The notes under the pieces: generated by a model
The model's input: the letters and a program-made list of their open reading frames with translations, nothing else
What the model was told of the DNA's origin: nothing
Databases searched by the model: none
Shown: positions 25,790 to 38,870 of the stretch, piece after piece
How the letters are laid out: every line of letters begins with the position of its first letter
How positions within the stretch are numbered: the stretch's first letter is position 1
Program-made: the position numbers and the translations under genes
Assembly: GCA_028534125.1 (NCBI GenBank)
Contig: CM052816.1
Span: 89,034,001 to 89,098,000, forward strand
From: Lama glama
Lineage: Eukaryota
Reading direction: 5' to 3'
Length of the DNA: 64,000 bases

Positions 25790-27180
25790 TGTTTTCATGG
25801 ACTTATCTTCCAGTGATGTACTTAAAAACAAAAAAGTGAATAAAGAAATAACTAATGTAATATGACACAATGTAATAAAACCCAGGTAGATGAGTAAATG
25901 CAGAGTGACTGAATTGGGAAGATGGGGCTACTGTTTTAAGGAGGAAGTCAGGATAAGCTCTTCACTTGTCAAAATGCAAGCAAATTCTACATGAAGAATA
26001 GGAGAGGAGCCAGCCATATGAAGATCCGAGGGAGGACTGTTTCAGGAGGAAGGATTAGTTGACTGAATGCCCTAAAATGAGAATAAGGTTGGCCTGAGTG
26101 AGGAAATGCCAGAAGACAAGCAAGTTATTTTAGATGTGATTAACATTTAAATCAGCAGACTTTGAATAAAGCAGATTACTCTCCAGAATGTGGGCAAAAC
26201 TTACCCAATCAGTTGAAGGCCTTAAGAGAAAAGACTGAAAGAAGAGGAGGAAAGGAAAAAGGAGTTCTGCTTCCAGAATGCTTTCAGACTCAAGACTATG
26301 ACATGAACTCCTACTAGACTTTCTAGACTGTTGGCCTGCCATGTTGATAACAAACTTGCTACCCTCACAAATGCATGAGCCCGTTACCTACAGTCACTTC
26401 TCTCTGTCTCTCTCTCTCCTTCTCTCTGTCTCTCTCTCAATCTAAGTTAGAGAGATTGGCTCTCTCTAACTTATTTGGTTCTATTGTTCCTCCTATTGGT
26501 TCTGTTTTTCTGGAGGACCCTCATTGATACGTAGGTTATTGGGTTTATATGCATATGGTTAATGGAATGTATGTGAGTGAAAGAGGGAAATTAAGAATTC
26601 ATCTTATGTTTTAGTTCTGAACAACACAGTAAACCCTGATGCCATTAACTCAGATTCAGGAAACACAGAACTGCTGTAAGTAGAGAAGAGTAGATCAAGA
26701 TGTCTGTTCTGCGCAGGTTGAGGTCTATTAGAGATTCAAATGGAGATGTTAGCTAAGCAATCAGATAGAAAGATCTGGAGTGAAAACAGGAGTCAGGAAT
26801 GCAGAGAAAGTTCAGAGTTATCACTTTGTAGATACTATTTAAAGCTATGGGTCTAGATGAGATCATCTAGAAAGAGAGTTGATGGAGGACCTAGGACTGG
26901 GCCTAGATAAGAAAGAAGGAGAGCACAAAGGACAGTGGGTATAATTGGACAGACGGTAAGAAGTAATATAAAAAGAAGAGTGGCCAAAACAAGAATAGAG
27001 AAGGGACCAAGAGATGGGGCAAGAGAAGGTCAGTGATGCCCTTGAGGGGAGAAGTTTCAGAGAAGCGGATCAGGACAAAATCCCAAAGGGAAATAAGCTA
27101 GTTTAAAAAAAAAAAAAGATTGCTTGAAAATGGAGATGGTGACAAGTCATCATTTGATCATGTTGATATCAGTGGTTAAA
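25790..27180 (-). mobile_element. L2 LINE fragment interrupted by an MLT2 LTR
   Basis: L2-like purine-rich sequence (gaggagccagccatatgaagatc; atttaaagctatgggtctagatgagatcatctag) lies on both sides of the MLT2. Confidence 0.7.
26128..26532 (+). mobile_element. MLT2 (ERVL) LTR, 5'-truncated
   Basis: tagatgtgattaacatttaaatcagcagactttgaataaagcagatt...tcctattggttctgtttttctggaggaccct, with an internal CT microsatellite. Confidence 0.85.
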
Positions 27181-27869
27181 AGTAAATTAAGAATATTATA
27201 AAATTCTGTTGTGCCCCTTACACTAGATTTTATCTTGTGAGTTTTTCATGACTTCTAAAATAAATATATCTAACAGTGGATTATTTTCCTGTAATTTGCT
27301 TTTTTCCCCATGAAATTAAGTAAAGAAAATAAACTGGAGAATTATAAGGTCTATTATTTTCCTTCATGATTTATTAACGTAATTTTGTTTTGTTTTCTTT
27401 TAGAAAAAGAGTCTAAGGTTGCAGAGTTTAGTTTTCTTACAGTCTCTATAGATAAGAACTAGCTTAGTATTTTTTTTCTTTTAAGTATATTTAGTTATAC
27501 AGAAAGTCAATGGCCAATAGGAATCTTTCCATAATAATGAAGAAAAGCAATACTTCAGACTCATTAAATATGACTGTGACTTTGAATGGCAATAAAGAAT
27601 AAAGTAAAACTAAAGCAATATTCAGATAACCATATGAAATTCTGGGGCAGGGGAGTGGAAAGGGGACTTGCAGCTTCTTTATTCCCATTACAACAAAACC
27701 AGACACCTGTTTTACGGATTTAAATATATCTAATTGAAGTACATTTTAATATTGAAAATGCCACAGGTTTAAGACAGAAACAAATTCTTGAAGAATTTTA
27801 ACAACTAAAACAAAATGAAATCGCACTGAATCCAATTGATAAGAAAGCCACCTTTACCCTCGTGAACCA

Positions 27870-28062
27870 CATTATGCATAGCATAAAGTCTGTTATGTTT
27901 TCACAACAACAACAAAAAGGTAATTATGTGAATGATGGAGGTGTTAGCTAACATTATGGTGATAATCATTTTGCAGCATATAGATGTATCAAAAAAACAC
28001 ATTGTACACCTTAAACTACAATATTTTACATCAATTGTATTTCAGTAAAGCTGGAGGAAAAA
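27870..28062 (+). mobile_element. L1MA-type 3' end
   Basis: ggtaattatgtgaatgatgga...cattgtacaccttaaac...ttgtatttcagtaaagctgg. Confidence 0.75.
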
Positions 28063-28221
28063 GTTAGTGATGATTAGTGATCATAGTCAAAAGGGAGGAG
28101 GGCAATTTGGGAAAAAGCTCACAACTATCTTTAGTACTTAGAATAAAACACAATAAAACAAAAATAAAAAATGAAACAAAAAAATCTCCAACATCTTGTG
28201 CTCTTGAGGTATAATACTCTT

Positions 28222-28224
<3 letters not shown>

Positions 28225-28256
<32 letters not shown>
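28225..28256. repeat. (TA)n microsatellite
   Basis: Read directly from the sequence. Confidence 0.95.
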
Positions 28257-28260
<4 letters not shown>

Positions 28261-28614
28261 CAGATTACAAAATTTCTATAAAGATTAAAATTTAGAATAA
28301 TTTTTATCAATATCATTAACAAATTAGGACATTAGTCAGGTGAATATACAGAAGACATTTAATACAATAATGTTAATAATTCACTTTTACATGTAGTTCT
28401 GAAACATTCATATTTTTACACATTAAAAATACCTCTTATTGAAGAAATATAATAATAAAATTTCCTTGGGATACTTCATGAATTTATAAGCATATCAAAT
28501 ATATCAAGATAAACTAAAAATGATAATTAAATGATTAAATGAAAGTGTATAAATATCTATTTTTTTAGTTCTTAAAGAAAGTAAGATTATTTTCTTGCTT
28601 TATTTTTCCATATT

Positions 28615-30720
28615 ATATTATATTAGTTTGATTTTAGCAAAGGACCAATAAACTAGATGTTTTAAATGACAGAAATACATCGTCTCCCAGTTCTGGAGGG
28701 TGGAAGTCCAAGATCAAGTTGTCAGCAGTTTGGTTCCTTCTAAGAGCTGTATGGGAGGATCTGTTCCATGCCTCTCCCATAGCTTCTGGTGTTTTGTTAG
28801 TAATCTTTGTTGTTCCCTGGCTTGTAGACCATCACCCTGATCTGTCTTCATGTTCATATGATGTTGTCTATTTGTGCATATCTGTGTCCAGATTTTCCCC
28901 CAATATAAAAATATCAATCATATTGGCTTAGAATTTGCTCCAATGACCTTGTTTAAACTGGATTACCTCTGTACAGAACTTATATTTAAATAAAGCGATA
29001 TTCTAAGGTTAGGACTTTAACATGTGCATTTTGGTGGGCATAATTCAACCCATAACAATCTGCCTTCTGGCCTCACAAAATTCATATTCTTCTCATTGCA
29101 AAATATGTTTGTCTGAGCCCAACACCCCCAAGTATCTTAACTCATTCTAGTACCAACTTTAAGTTTAAAATCTCTTCTAAGTATTATCTAAATCAAGTAT
29201 GGGTGAGACTTGAGATATGATTCATCCGGAAGCAAAATTGCTATCCATCTGTGAACCTGCGAAACCAGATAACAAGTTATCTGTTTCCAGAGTACAGTGA
29301 TGGTACAGACATAGGATAGATGTTCTATTCCAAAAGAGAGAAATCAGAAATTGGGGGGAAAAAAAGGATTGTAGGTCTCCAGCAAGTCCAAAACCTGGCA
29401 GGGCAAATTCCATTAGATTTTAAGTTTTGAGAATAATTCTCCTTGGTTTGATGATGCTCTGCTTTCTGGGCTGACTAGGGAGGAAGCTCAGCCCTCCAAG
29501 ACCGGGGCTGTGAGCTCCCACCCTCCTTCCTGCTTGATGGCCCCATTTCCTATGCCTTGGATGGCAGTCTGCCCACTAGAACCTGAAAAAAAAGTGGTTC
29601 TGCTCTCTGGATCCATGACTCCAACCTCACAGTATTTTCTCCTTTAATGGCTCTGTCCTTAAGTCATTCTTGCTTCATTTCACCCCATCTCTGTCTCTGC
29701 AGTCCAGGCTGGCAGTGTTTCTGCTCTTACAGAATTCTTAAAAATCTTGTTAGCCTTCCATGCAATTCACAGAGATCCAAGACATCCTGCCAGAGGATCT
29801 TTCACAGGTGATTCCTGAATAATTACATGTTTATTCTGCTGATAGTTGAATGGGTCATGCATTACATGCCTCACCTATTTAGCAAAATGTTGTCTTGCTA
29901 CCTCCTTGACTCTTTTTGAAATGCACACTATCTGAATAAAATGAACTCCTTCAAGTCATCAAATGCTGGTTTCTTTTTGCTGAGGAATTCTTTCTTCAAT
30001 TTATTTCTCTCCTCTTACATTTCACTATAAGCAGCAAAGAAACGTCACTCTATTCCTTCAGTCTTTGCTTGGAAATCTCAGCTAAATGTCCAAGTTATCC
30101 CCACTGGTCTACTTTTCACACAACAAAATACTATTCAAATAAGTCCTTTGTCTCTTTATAATAAGATTCTTATTTTCTCCAGTTTCCAACAACACATTTC
30201 TCATTTCCATCTGTGGTCTACCAGAATCGTTTTTAATATCCATTATTTCTAGCAATATTCTGTTCATGATGGTATATATATTTTCTAAGACAATAGAAAC
30301 TTTCTCAATAGCTCTCCTGTTTTCTTTCTGATTCATCAGAATTATTGTTAACATCTATATTTTTATCAACGGTCTTTTCAAGCCAATCTAGACCTTTTCG
30401 TATCACACACCTCAGAGCTCTTTCATCTTCTACTTAACATCCAATTCCAAAGTTACTTCCACATTTTTAAATATTCATTCCAGTTGCATCCCACTGTTGG
30501 TATCAAAATCTGTATTATTTGCTAGGGCTGTCATAACAAATTGCCATAGATTGTGTGGTGTAAACAACAAAAATATATTGTCTCATGGTTCTAGAGGCCA
30601 GATGTTCAAGATCAAATTGTCAATAAAGTTGATTCCTTTTGAGAGCTGTGAGTAAGTAACTATTCCATGCCTCTCACCTAGCTTCTGGGGGTTTGCTGTA
30701 AATCCTTAGCATTCCTTTCT
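28615..30720 (-). mobile_element. MaLR element: MLT1C-like LTR (28615-29056), MLT1-int (29057-30510), truncated LTR (30511-30720)
   Basis: Two homologous LTR ends (gttctggagggtggaagtccaagatcaag / gttctagaggccagatgttcaagatcaaa) flank a 1.45-kb MaLR internal sequence bounded by ...ttggtatcaaaatc. Confidence 0.88.
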
Positions 30721-31840
30721 GCTTATGCTGAGACCCCAAATTATTTGCTTTCTCTCATAGTATCTGAATAGTAAGTGACCTTGAAAGCTACTTAACTTTT
30801 TACTATGTATATTTATCTATTTCACAGATTTCTACCTGTCTATTATGTTATGATTCTTCCATATGAAATTTCTAATTGCCTATATAACATTGAAATACTT
30901 CAGCTTTAAAGTTTGGCTGAGATTAATACTTTTATCAATAAAATTCTTTCTTATAATGTTCCCCTTCAGTGACTTTAATAATATTGCACTATCTTTACCT
31001 TTTTTCCAAACTCTACCTCTTACATGCACTGTACATATTTTAGATGTCTCTCTTTTATTTTTATTATTTCCTTTTCTACCATGTCTTGTCCCCATTTAAT
31101 TTGTACCCAATAAACCCTTCGCTGCAATTGCCCTCTAAACCTCAATCTATATTCTGAACTTCAGGCTCTAATAATTCAAAAGGTTGTCTGTATCCTTGTC
31201 ACTGGATGGCCTCATATCTATCATTTGTCACAAACCAAAATTCCACATAAAAATTCTTCCTGCCCTCACTTTTACTATTGATGTCACCTGGCTCAGCCTT
31301 AGAGTCATGTAGACTCTCCCATCTATCTTATACCATAACTTATATGCCACCAAAAATAATAGATTCTTCTTATTTATAGTATTTCAAATATCAACCCCAT
31401 TACTACATCCATGAATAAAATGCTAGTTTATGTGCCCCTTGCTTAGGATATTTTAATATTCTCCCTATTTTTCTTGTGTCCTTTGATGTCACTCCATCTC
31501 ACTCTCCTAGCAGCATCATCAAGTCAATGTAATCAAATTTCATGGGCTGATATATCAAGGTCTCTATTAGATACCCAGATCTGATGTCCTGTATTTGAGA
31601 AACAAATTCTAGTTGGGCAACAGGTATATAAAAATAGGTGTGATACTAATCGTAAGTGCTAAAGTAGAAACATGGATACTTTGATTATAAATACAGGCAA
31701 TTCATAAAATTACTTCTTGGGGATTCAGGGTAAATATATGATGGAGCTTGTAATGGAAGATGAATAGGAGTTCCAATGGTTGATAAACACATTCCAAACA
31801 CTAGAAAAGTCAAGTACAAATGAATCGTGGCATCCAAGTA

Positions 31841-32336
31841 CAGATCTTCTTCACTTGTGATGGGGTTATGTTCCAATAAGCTCATTGTAACTTGAAAATA
31901 TTATAAGTCAAAAAAGCATGTAATGCACCTAATCTACTGAACATTATAGATTAGCTTATCTTTCTTAAACATTCATAGAACACTTACCTTAGTCTACAGT
32001 TGGCAAAAATATCTAACCCAAAGCCTATTTTATAATGAAGTGTTGATGATCTCATGTAATTTATTGAATAATATACTGCAAGTGAAGAGCAGGATGGTTG
32101 TATGTTTACAGACAGTTATAAGTGTTTACTCTCGGGATCTTGTGGCTGACTGGGAGCTGCTGCTGTCTGCCGCTGCTCCCCAGCATCATGAGAGAGTGTA
32201 GTACCAGGTATCGCTAGCCAGAGAAATATCAAAATTGAACACTCAAAGTATGGTTTCTACTGAAGGCCTATCACTTTCACACCATTGTAAGGTCAAAAAA
32301 TTGTAAGTTAAACCATAATAAGTCAGGGTCCATCAG
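31841..32336 (+). mobile_element. MER47/Tigger5-family DNA transposon derivative
   Basis: TA|CAGAT...gatggggttatg...cctattttataat...gtatggtttctactgaa...ATCAG|TA, with TA target duplications. Confidence 0.88.
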
Positions 32337-32509
32337 TATGTGGAAATTTAGTGAGTGGCAGGTTGTTGTCAATGAGAGAAAGAAAGCAGAGCTGGAATTG
32401 GCAAATATCCCAAATTATCTAAGAGCCTGATGGAAATGTATGTTATAATGCAGGGAGATGAGTAGAGTGATGGCTGAAGGTAATAAATTTAATTGAATGT
32501 CTTCCAAAA

Positions 32510-34790
32510 GGGGACTTCTTGTTTCCGCTGTGACATATGAAAAGTTGAAATCTGTCAGTCCCACACTTAACAAGAGAAAGTTTAACAAATTGAAAATGAT
32601 TAATGTTGGTCAGACTCATCAGAGAACTGAGATAACAGAGTACTGCTACCCCAATATCCAGAAAGACAGGTACAGCCAGAGAAACACAGCTAAGATTTGT
32701 TTATTTGAAATAGAAGCTGCTGGAGCTGTAAACTAGTTGGAGGACTTGATTGGTGACCTACAGTTGGCCTTTGAACAACATGGGGATTAGGGGACACCCT
32801 CCCCCAGCTCAGGGGAAAATCCAGGTATAATTTTTTAGTTGGCCCTCCATATCCATGGTTCTCTATCTGCAGCTTCAACCAGGTGTGGAGTGGGTAGTAC
32901 TGTAGTATTTACATTGAAAAAAATCTATGCATGAGTGGCTGCATGTAGTTCGAACCCGTGTTGTTCAAGGGTCAGCTGCTATTTTAATTATTAGAGCCTG
33001 AGTCTAGACAAGCACAGGAGTGAGAAATATCTTGAGGCTCCAAGTTTAGGAAAACCTACACTTTCATGACCTTTACCCTAAGGAACCTCAACAGGTTTTT
33101 ATGGTGAAATGAGAAAGCAAAACTCTAGTGGGTCTAACTGGGTAGAGGAAGAGTAATCATTGTGAAAGGCACTCTGAGCGTTCACTAGAACAGAGGCATG
33201 CTCTCTAGGATGTACTATTTTGTCAGAACGTTAGCCTTGCAGAGCTAAGGGGTGTTTTCTCACACCAGCCCCATCTGACCTTCCTGTCTCTTCCAAGGGA
33301 GAAAAATAAACATAGTCAACCAGGGTCCTGATTACAAAGAAATAGATGGAAAATGCTGCAGCCAGTGAAGTGGGCTGGGGACAACAGAAGAAAAAGTTAA
33401 ACCAGCGAAGAAGCCCTTGTGAAAGACACAGCCCAGAGACATAGGCCCAGTAAACAACTGAGATTTATCTGGAAGAATATGGAACACTTCATCTTCCATA
33501 CACCTAACCGCCACACCAACGCGGTTCTACAATAATAAGCATAGATTATGACTGAAAGATCTACAAGACACAGGCTCTCTCAGAAAGAGTGTGAAGGAAA
33601 AGCCCAAGTTAGGAGGAGACAAAAAGCAAGGACAATAAAGAAATTTGAAACTTCTTGCATCTATAGTTAAAAAGCAAACACTCTCACAAAACAATACTCG
33701 GCGTGACAAAAGTCAAGAAAAGCACAGTCAGAATAGACAGTCATCAGAAACAGATTCAAAGAGAAAACTGATTTTAGAAGCATCGGGCCACTTATTTAAA
33801 AATAACAGTAACTAATATGTTAATGGATCTAATGGAAAAAATAGTAGTAAAGATATAGCAACACGTAGATAATAAAAGCAGAGAGATGGAAATTCTAAGA
33901 ATGAATCAAAAGAAGATGCTAGAAATTAAAAATGCTTAAGAGAAACAAACACCACCTGATCAATAGTCCTGACATGGCCAAGAAAACAACAAAGGAGCTT
34001 AAAGATTTATCAGTAGTAACTTTTCCAACTGAAATGTAAAGAGAAAAAAGAATAGGGCAAAAAGGAGAGAAAAATCCAAGAAATATGAGTTAGAATGAAA
34101 AGGTGTAACATAGGTGTAATTGGAAGGGCAGAAGGAGAAGAAAGAGAGAGAAAAAAAACTCTTGAACTAACAATGGCCTAAAAATTTCCAAAATTAATGG
34201 CAGATAGAAAAAGAGGAGTGAAATGTTTAAACTGTTAGAAGAAAAATGAGAACATAGACCAGGAACCTAAAATTCTATAGCTAATGAAATTAATCTTCAA
34301 AAATGAATATGAAATAAAGACTCAGGCAAATATAAACTGAAAAAATTAATTGCCAGAAAATGACCTCTGCAGGAAATATTAAAAGTTCTCCAGACAGAAG
34401 GAAAATTATATACCTAAAAAAACTAGATCCACATAAAAAGAGAAATTGTTAGAGAAGGAACAAATGATGATAAAAAATACATAGTTTTTCATTCTTAACT
34501 TATTTTTAAAAATAATGGTTCTATTAAGGCAATAATAGTAACTGAGTGATTATAGCATATGGATGAGTGAGAGGTCTGACAGCAATATCACAGAGATGGG
34601 AAGGAGGAATTGAAAATGCTCTGGAATAACTCAACGGCATGACACTTGAAGATACATAGTGCTGTTTGAGAATGGACTTGGTTAATTAAAAATAGACATT
34701 ACAAATTCTTGAATAACTGATAAATAATTGAAAATGAACTATTTTATATGCCAGAGTAGTAAGAATATTACATTTAATAATGTTAAGAAG
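32510..34790 (+). mobile_element. Old L1M (L1MC/MD-type) 5' region and ORF1 remnant
   Basis: Degenerate ORF1-like sequence (agcagagagatggaaattctaagaatgaatcaaaagaagatgctagaaat; aaaattctatagctaatgaaattaatcttcaaaaatgaa). Confidence 0.75.
32761..32978 (-). mobile_element. Tigger2-family MITE nested in L1M
   Basis: TIRs cagttggcctttgaacaaca / tgttgttcaagggtcagctg, preceded by TA. Confidence 0.88.
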
Positions 34791-35027
34791 AAATTATTGC
34801 AAATATAGGTATAAGAGTTTGTTCTGGAAAGGTATAAAATATAATTTACACTGAGTTAAGAACAGTTAAGAAAGAAGAAATGGATATAAAAGAAGATAAC
34901 CAAGAGTCTTCTCTACAAATTTTTTTATGTTCACCCACTGATTATTCTTACTGAATCTCTGGTCATGTGTCTTCCCACTCAATAGTTTTCGATTATTAAA
35001 TTAAGAACTTGTACATCACAACCTACC

Positions 35028-35100
35028 TGTGATGGTTAGTTTCATTGGTCAGCATGGCAAGACCATGGTGGCCAGATATTTGGTCTAGTTGCCACCATGA
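35028..35100 (+). mobile_element. MLT2 LTR 5' fragment
   Basis: tgtgatggttagtttcattggtcagc...gccagatatttggtc resembles the start of MLT2. Confidence 0.6.
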
Positions 35101-35546
35101 AGCTGTGTAATTAAGTATTATATATTCTATGATGCATTATACATATTTAAATTATCTTTCTATCGTTAAGCTTTGGATATCTTGCTGATCTTATGGAAGA
35201 TGGAAATAGAAAGATTCTAACATGATGTCTCTTCAAGCGTCTGCTCATAAGAGACATATTTCAAATCCACTCACATTTCTTTAAACAAAGCAATTTACAT
35301 GACCAAGCCTATATAAACCTCACCCAGTATCTCTGGTGTGTAATGTTTAATTTCCCTATGAATTTACTTGAATTGTTTTCACATAGAATATTGTTATACT
35401 GGTGTCAGTTGTTAGTAATAGAACACAACTTGATATAGAAAGTACAATTTGTGAAATTACTCTGTTTTCTTGCATCATGGAACCCAAGGGCAGAAATTAG
35501 GCAGCTCCCAGAAAGAACATGGAAAGAATAAATTAAAATCAATGGA

Positions 35547-36017
35547 TATATTAGTTTCATGCAGCAGCTGTAAAAAATTACCATAGACAAAGTGACTTAA
35601 AATAACAAAAAATTGTTCTCTCATTGTTCTGGGGATAGGAAGTCTGAAAGTGTTATTGTTCTTGAACTGAGATGTTGGCAGAGCCAGGCTCCATCTGGAG
35701 GATGGAGGGGAGAACGTGTTCCCTGGCATTCCTTGGCGTGTGGCTGCATTCATCCGGTCATCAAGGCCAGCTTCTTCAAGTCTCTCCTTCTCTCTGTATA
35801 ACCGATCTCCATCTCTATCCATTTCGTCAGGACACATGTGAGTGCATTTAGGACCCATCTGGGTTGCCTGGGATAATCTCTCCATCTCAAGATCCTTAAT
35901 CACATCTGCAATGATTAACCCCTCCTTTTTCTTTTTTGATGTGAGATACCATTCACAATTTTCAGGGATAAGAATGTGGAGGTATTTTGGAGGGAGGATT
36001 TTATTTTTCAGCCTATC
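35547..36017 (-). mobile_element. MLT1C/D-type solo LTR
   Basis: tatattagtttc...gacttaaaataacaaaaaatt...ggataatctctccatctcaagatccttaatcacatctgca. Confidence 0.85.
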
Positions 36018-36144
36018 AAAAGAGTCAGTCTCTTTTTCTTGTATTTCTGTTTGACCTATGGTTCTCTCTCTCCCTCTTTCAGTCTCACCCTGGCTCTCAC
36101 TGTCTCTTGCTCTAACTCTGTGTATGTGTGGAAGAGGGGAATAG

Positions 36145-36147
<3 letters not shown>

Positions 36148-36184
<37 letters not shown>
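36148..36184. repeat. (GT)n microsatellite
   Basis: Read directly from the sequence. Confidence 0.95.
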
Positions 36185-36185
<1 letters not shown>

Positions 36186-37069
36186 TCAACAAGCCATTTC
36201 TACTTCTTTGTCCACACAATGGAGCAAAACTGAAAAACAGCTGTTTCATTTTCATCTCACATATGCTTCAAGACACATATAGGGACTGTTTCTGAATTCC
36301 AAATGCAGATATTCAGAATTTTTAGGGTGGAAGACCTTTGTGGTTTTAGCATTTCTCAAGAGCCCACTTTTGGACTGATCAGCTACAACCAGGTGATTGT
36401 ATTCAAACTTGACTGCTAGACCTCTCCCTTACAGAGATTAATTCTGAGAGAAGAGTTAATGTTCATAAGTTGGACAAGCATTCTGAAAAGCGTATACAAC
36501 ATTAGCATTGAATATGGTGGTCCAGAGGAGAATACTACTTTGGTCAATAAATTTAAAAAGCCTTAGCATTTATTGTCTAAGATTTCATAGTTTTCTTAAC
36601 TTTTAGTCAATACAGTTAATGTAACATGAATCACTAAGAAAACTTAGCAATGCAGTTTCTGGTATATCACTACTTGCAAGCCCACATTTTGCTCTTAAAA
36701 GTTAGCAAGGGTGATGTGCTGACAAGCTTTGTCCCGGTAAGTAGAGCGTTTTTGACTCGTGTCAGAGATGGAGAAGTAGATAGACAATGAATTTACCCTT
36801 TTGGTCTTGCAAAAGATATGATTCATCAACATATGATGTGTCAATTTATTTATACCAAAGAGATGTGTCAAAACACTGCAGCATTGTGAAAATAAGCTCA
36901 GTGGAAGCCCAAATTTGGGTGAAGATGGCATTTTACATATCACAGAGAAACTCTATTTAAAACTTCCACCATGAATATATCTTTTCTGATAGAATTCCTT
37001 TGTAGTTCAGAGACATTTTAGCCAGATTTTCTTAAAAAAAAAAAAAGCACTGTATCTTTGTATACTGTC

Positions 37070-37185
37070 TTCAAAGAACTTTTCTTCACATTATCTTTTA
37101 TTTGTTATTTTCACAATAGCTTTGTGAGATGAACAGGTGAGTTATTATTATTACAGATGAAGGAAATTGAGGCTCAGAAAGATAA
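37070..37185 (-). mobile_element. MIR fragment
   Basis: The MIR core ttacagatgaaggaaattgaggctcagaaag is present. Confidence 0.75.
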
Positions 37186-37294
37186 AAAAAAAAAAATTAC
37201 TGGGTTAAACAGAGTGGTGCTGAAATGTCTTTCCAGGAATGCCCACTGGGGACAATAGAGTGAGTTGACTGATCTAGAAGCAGCCTGTTGGAAA

Positions 37295-37530
37295 CTGTGA
37301 TCGTCCCCAGTAGGCGAGGGCAATCTCTCCTTCCCGAGAACACTGAATATCCATAAACCGATTTTAGGACATGGTGGTGATGTCAGATCCGATCTGGGCC
37401 CCAGTCGTTGTGCAAGTGTAGACAGGGGTGACGTAACATGGAGTTGTGGTGTGGAGGCTGAGAGCCGGAGTCCTCCGGAACCGGAAAATGCAGGTGATTG
37501 ATGAGAGTGGTCTTTGTGAAGCGAGTTCAG
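37295..37530. promoter_or_regulatory. CpG-retaining patch with CRE-like and tandem ETS-like motifs (candidate promoter or enhancer)
   Basis: About 11 CpGs in about 230 bp in an otherwise CpG-poor window. TGACGTAA at 37429-37436 and CCGGAACCGGAA at 37475-37486. Confidence 0.35.
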
Positions 37531-38169
37531 CACACTGCTCAATGAGAAGTCCCTGCCCCAGCAGCAGTGAAAGAAAAGTTTTATCTGGTAGATTTTTAAA
37601 AATTCTACTCAAGGCATGTGTGTTCGTGCAGCAAACTTTGCCACTGAAAGAGAGCCATATAGAAACTTGAAATGAAAACACTCTGTAAGTAATTACAGAA
37701 TAAGACAGATGCACCATTTGAGAACCTATTTTTATTTTTGTTCCTCCAAGTGAAATAGGAGGCTATAAAAATCAAAATTGTGGAAAAGCCAACCAGAACC
37801 CACTCAAACATATATTCTATATATATAAAACATGAATACATTATGGTGTATGAAAGGTTTTATTCGAAATCAAACTTAATGTAGAAAATAGAAAATTGCC
37901 TAGACAAGTTCAAAAAAAGTGTGGACACGATTTTAAGAGAACAACTATATCGATACACACCCCCCCCACAGTTGTATAATTGAGCCAGTTCTTCATTTTT
38001 AGTTACATTCACTCAGAGCTTTTCCTGAGCCACAAATTTCCCTCTTCGTAGCAAGCCAATTTAAAAAAAAAAAAGCTGGCACACTCTTGTGTTGTAGGGA
38101 GGGGTGTATGCGGAACCTTAATTTTCATACTTGCTAACACCAAATTCATACTACCTCCCTTAATAGATT

Positions 38170-38390
38170 AGGGATAATAGGAGTATGGAGTTAACAGATA
38201 CACACTACCATATATAAAATAGATAAACAACGAGGATTTACTGTATAGCACAGGGAACAATATTCAATATCTTGTAATAACTTATAATGGAAAGAGATCA
38301 AAAAAAGAATGTGTATGTAACTGAATCACTTTGCTGTATACCTGATACGAACACAACATTGTAAATAGCCTATACTTCAATAAAGAATTA
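38170..38390 (+). mobile_element. Cetartiodactyl-type L1 3' end
   Basis: tatataaaatagataaacaac...ctgtatagcacagggaac...tgaatcactttgctgtatacctga...tatacttcaataaa. Confidence 0.88.
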
Positions 38391-38747
38391 ACGGTAATGA
38401 CAACAAAACATTTACTTGGCAGAAACAATCCGATTAAATGCTTGTCTTTGTCCTACAGAAAATATATCAGTGAACTAGGAAGCTTCAAAAATATAGAGAG
38501 AGAGGTGATAGATTACAAACCATCTTCCGTTTGTTAATTCAATCTCTAACCCTCGTTTTTATGTTGAAAACTCCCACAAGCCACATAAATATGATCATTA
38601 GGCACCTGGCGTTTATCCCGGGAGCACTGCAAGTAGAATTCTCTCTCTAATATTTCAAATCCAGTGATACCTCTTTCTTAAGTCATGTCAGGGAGGAGGT
38701 AGTTAGCAACCAAACTCTTCTACTTGGGAGACAATGCCTTGTTTTTC

Positions 38748-38870
38748 TGTTGATTCAACACATATTTTGGGGGCACTATCAGTGTAGCAGGCACTCCCCT
38801 AGGTCCTTGGGATATATCAGTAAATGGAACTGACATAAATCCCTTCCTCCACAGAAATTACATCCTAGCT
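38748..38870 (-). mobile_element. L2 3' end
   Basis: gattcaacacatattttgggggcactat...caggcact...atttacatcctag. Confidence 0.65.

Noticed and set aside
26128..35100. MLT2 3' part (26128) and MLT2 5' fragment (35028) as halves of one rearranged LTR
   Set aside because: The order is wrong, they are about 9 kb apart, and there is no shared TSD. They are more simply independent fragments.
35475..35903. 142-aa ORF
   Set aside because: It lies within an MLT1 LTR and has no protein-like features.
37174..37717. Overlapping 74-122 aa ORFs at the CpG-rich patch
   Set aside because: They have no recognisable domain and are explained by locally higher GC content.
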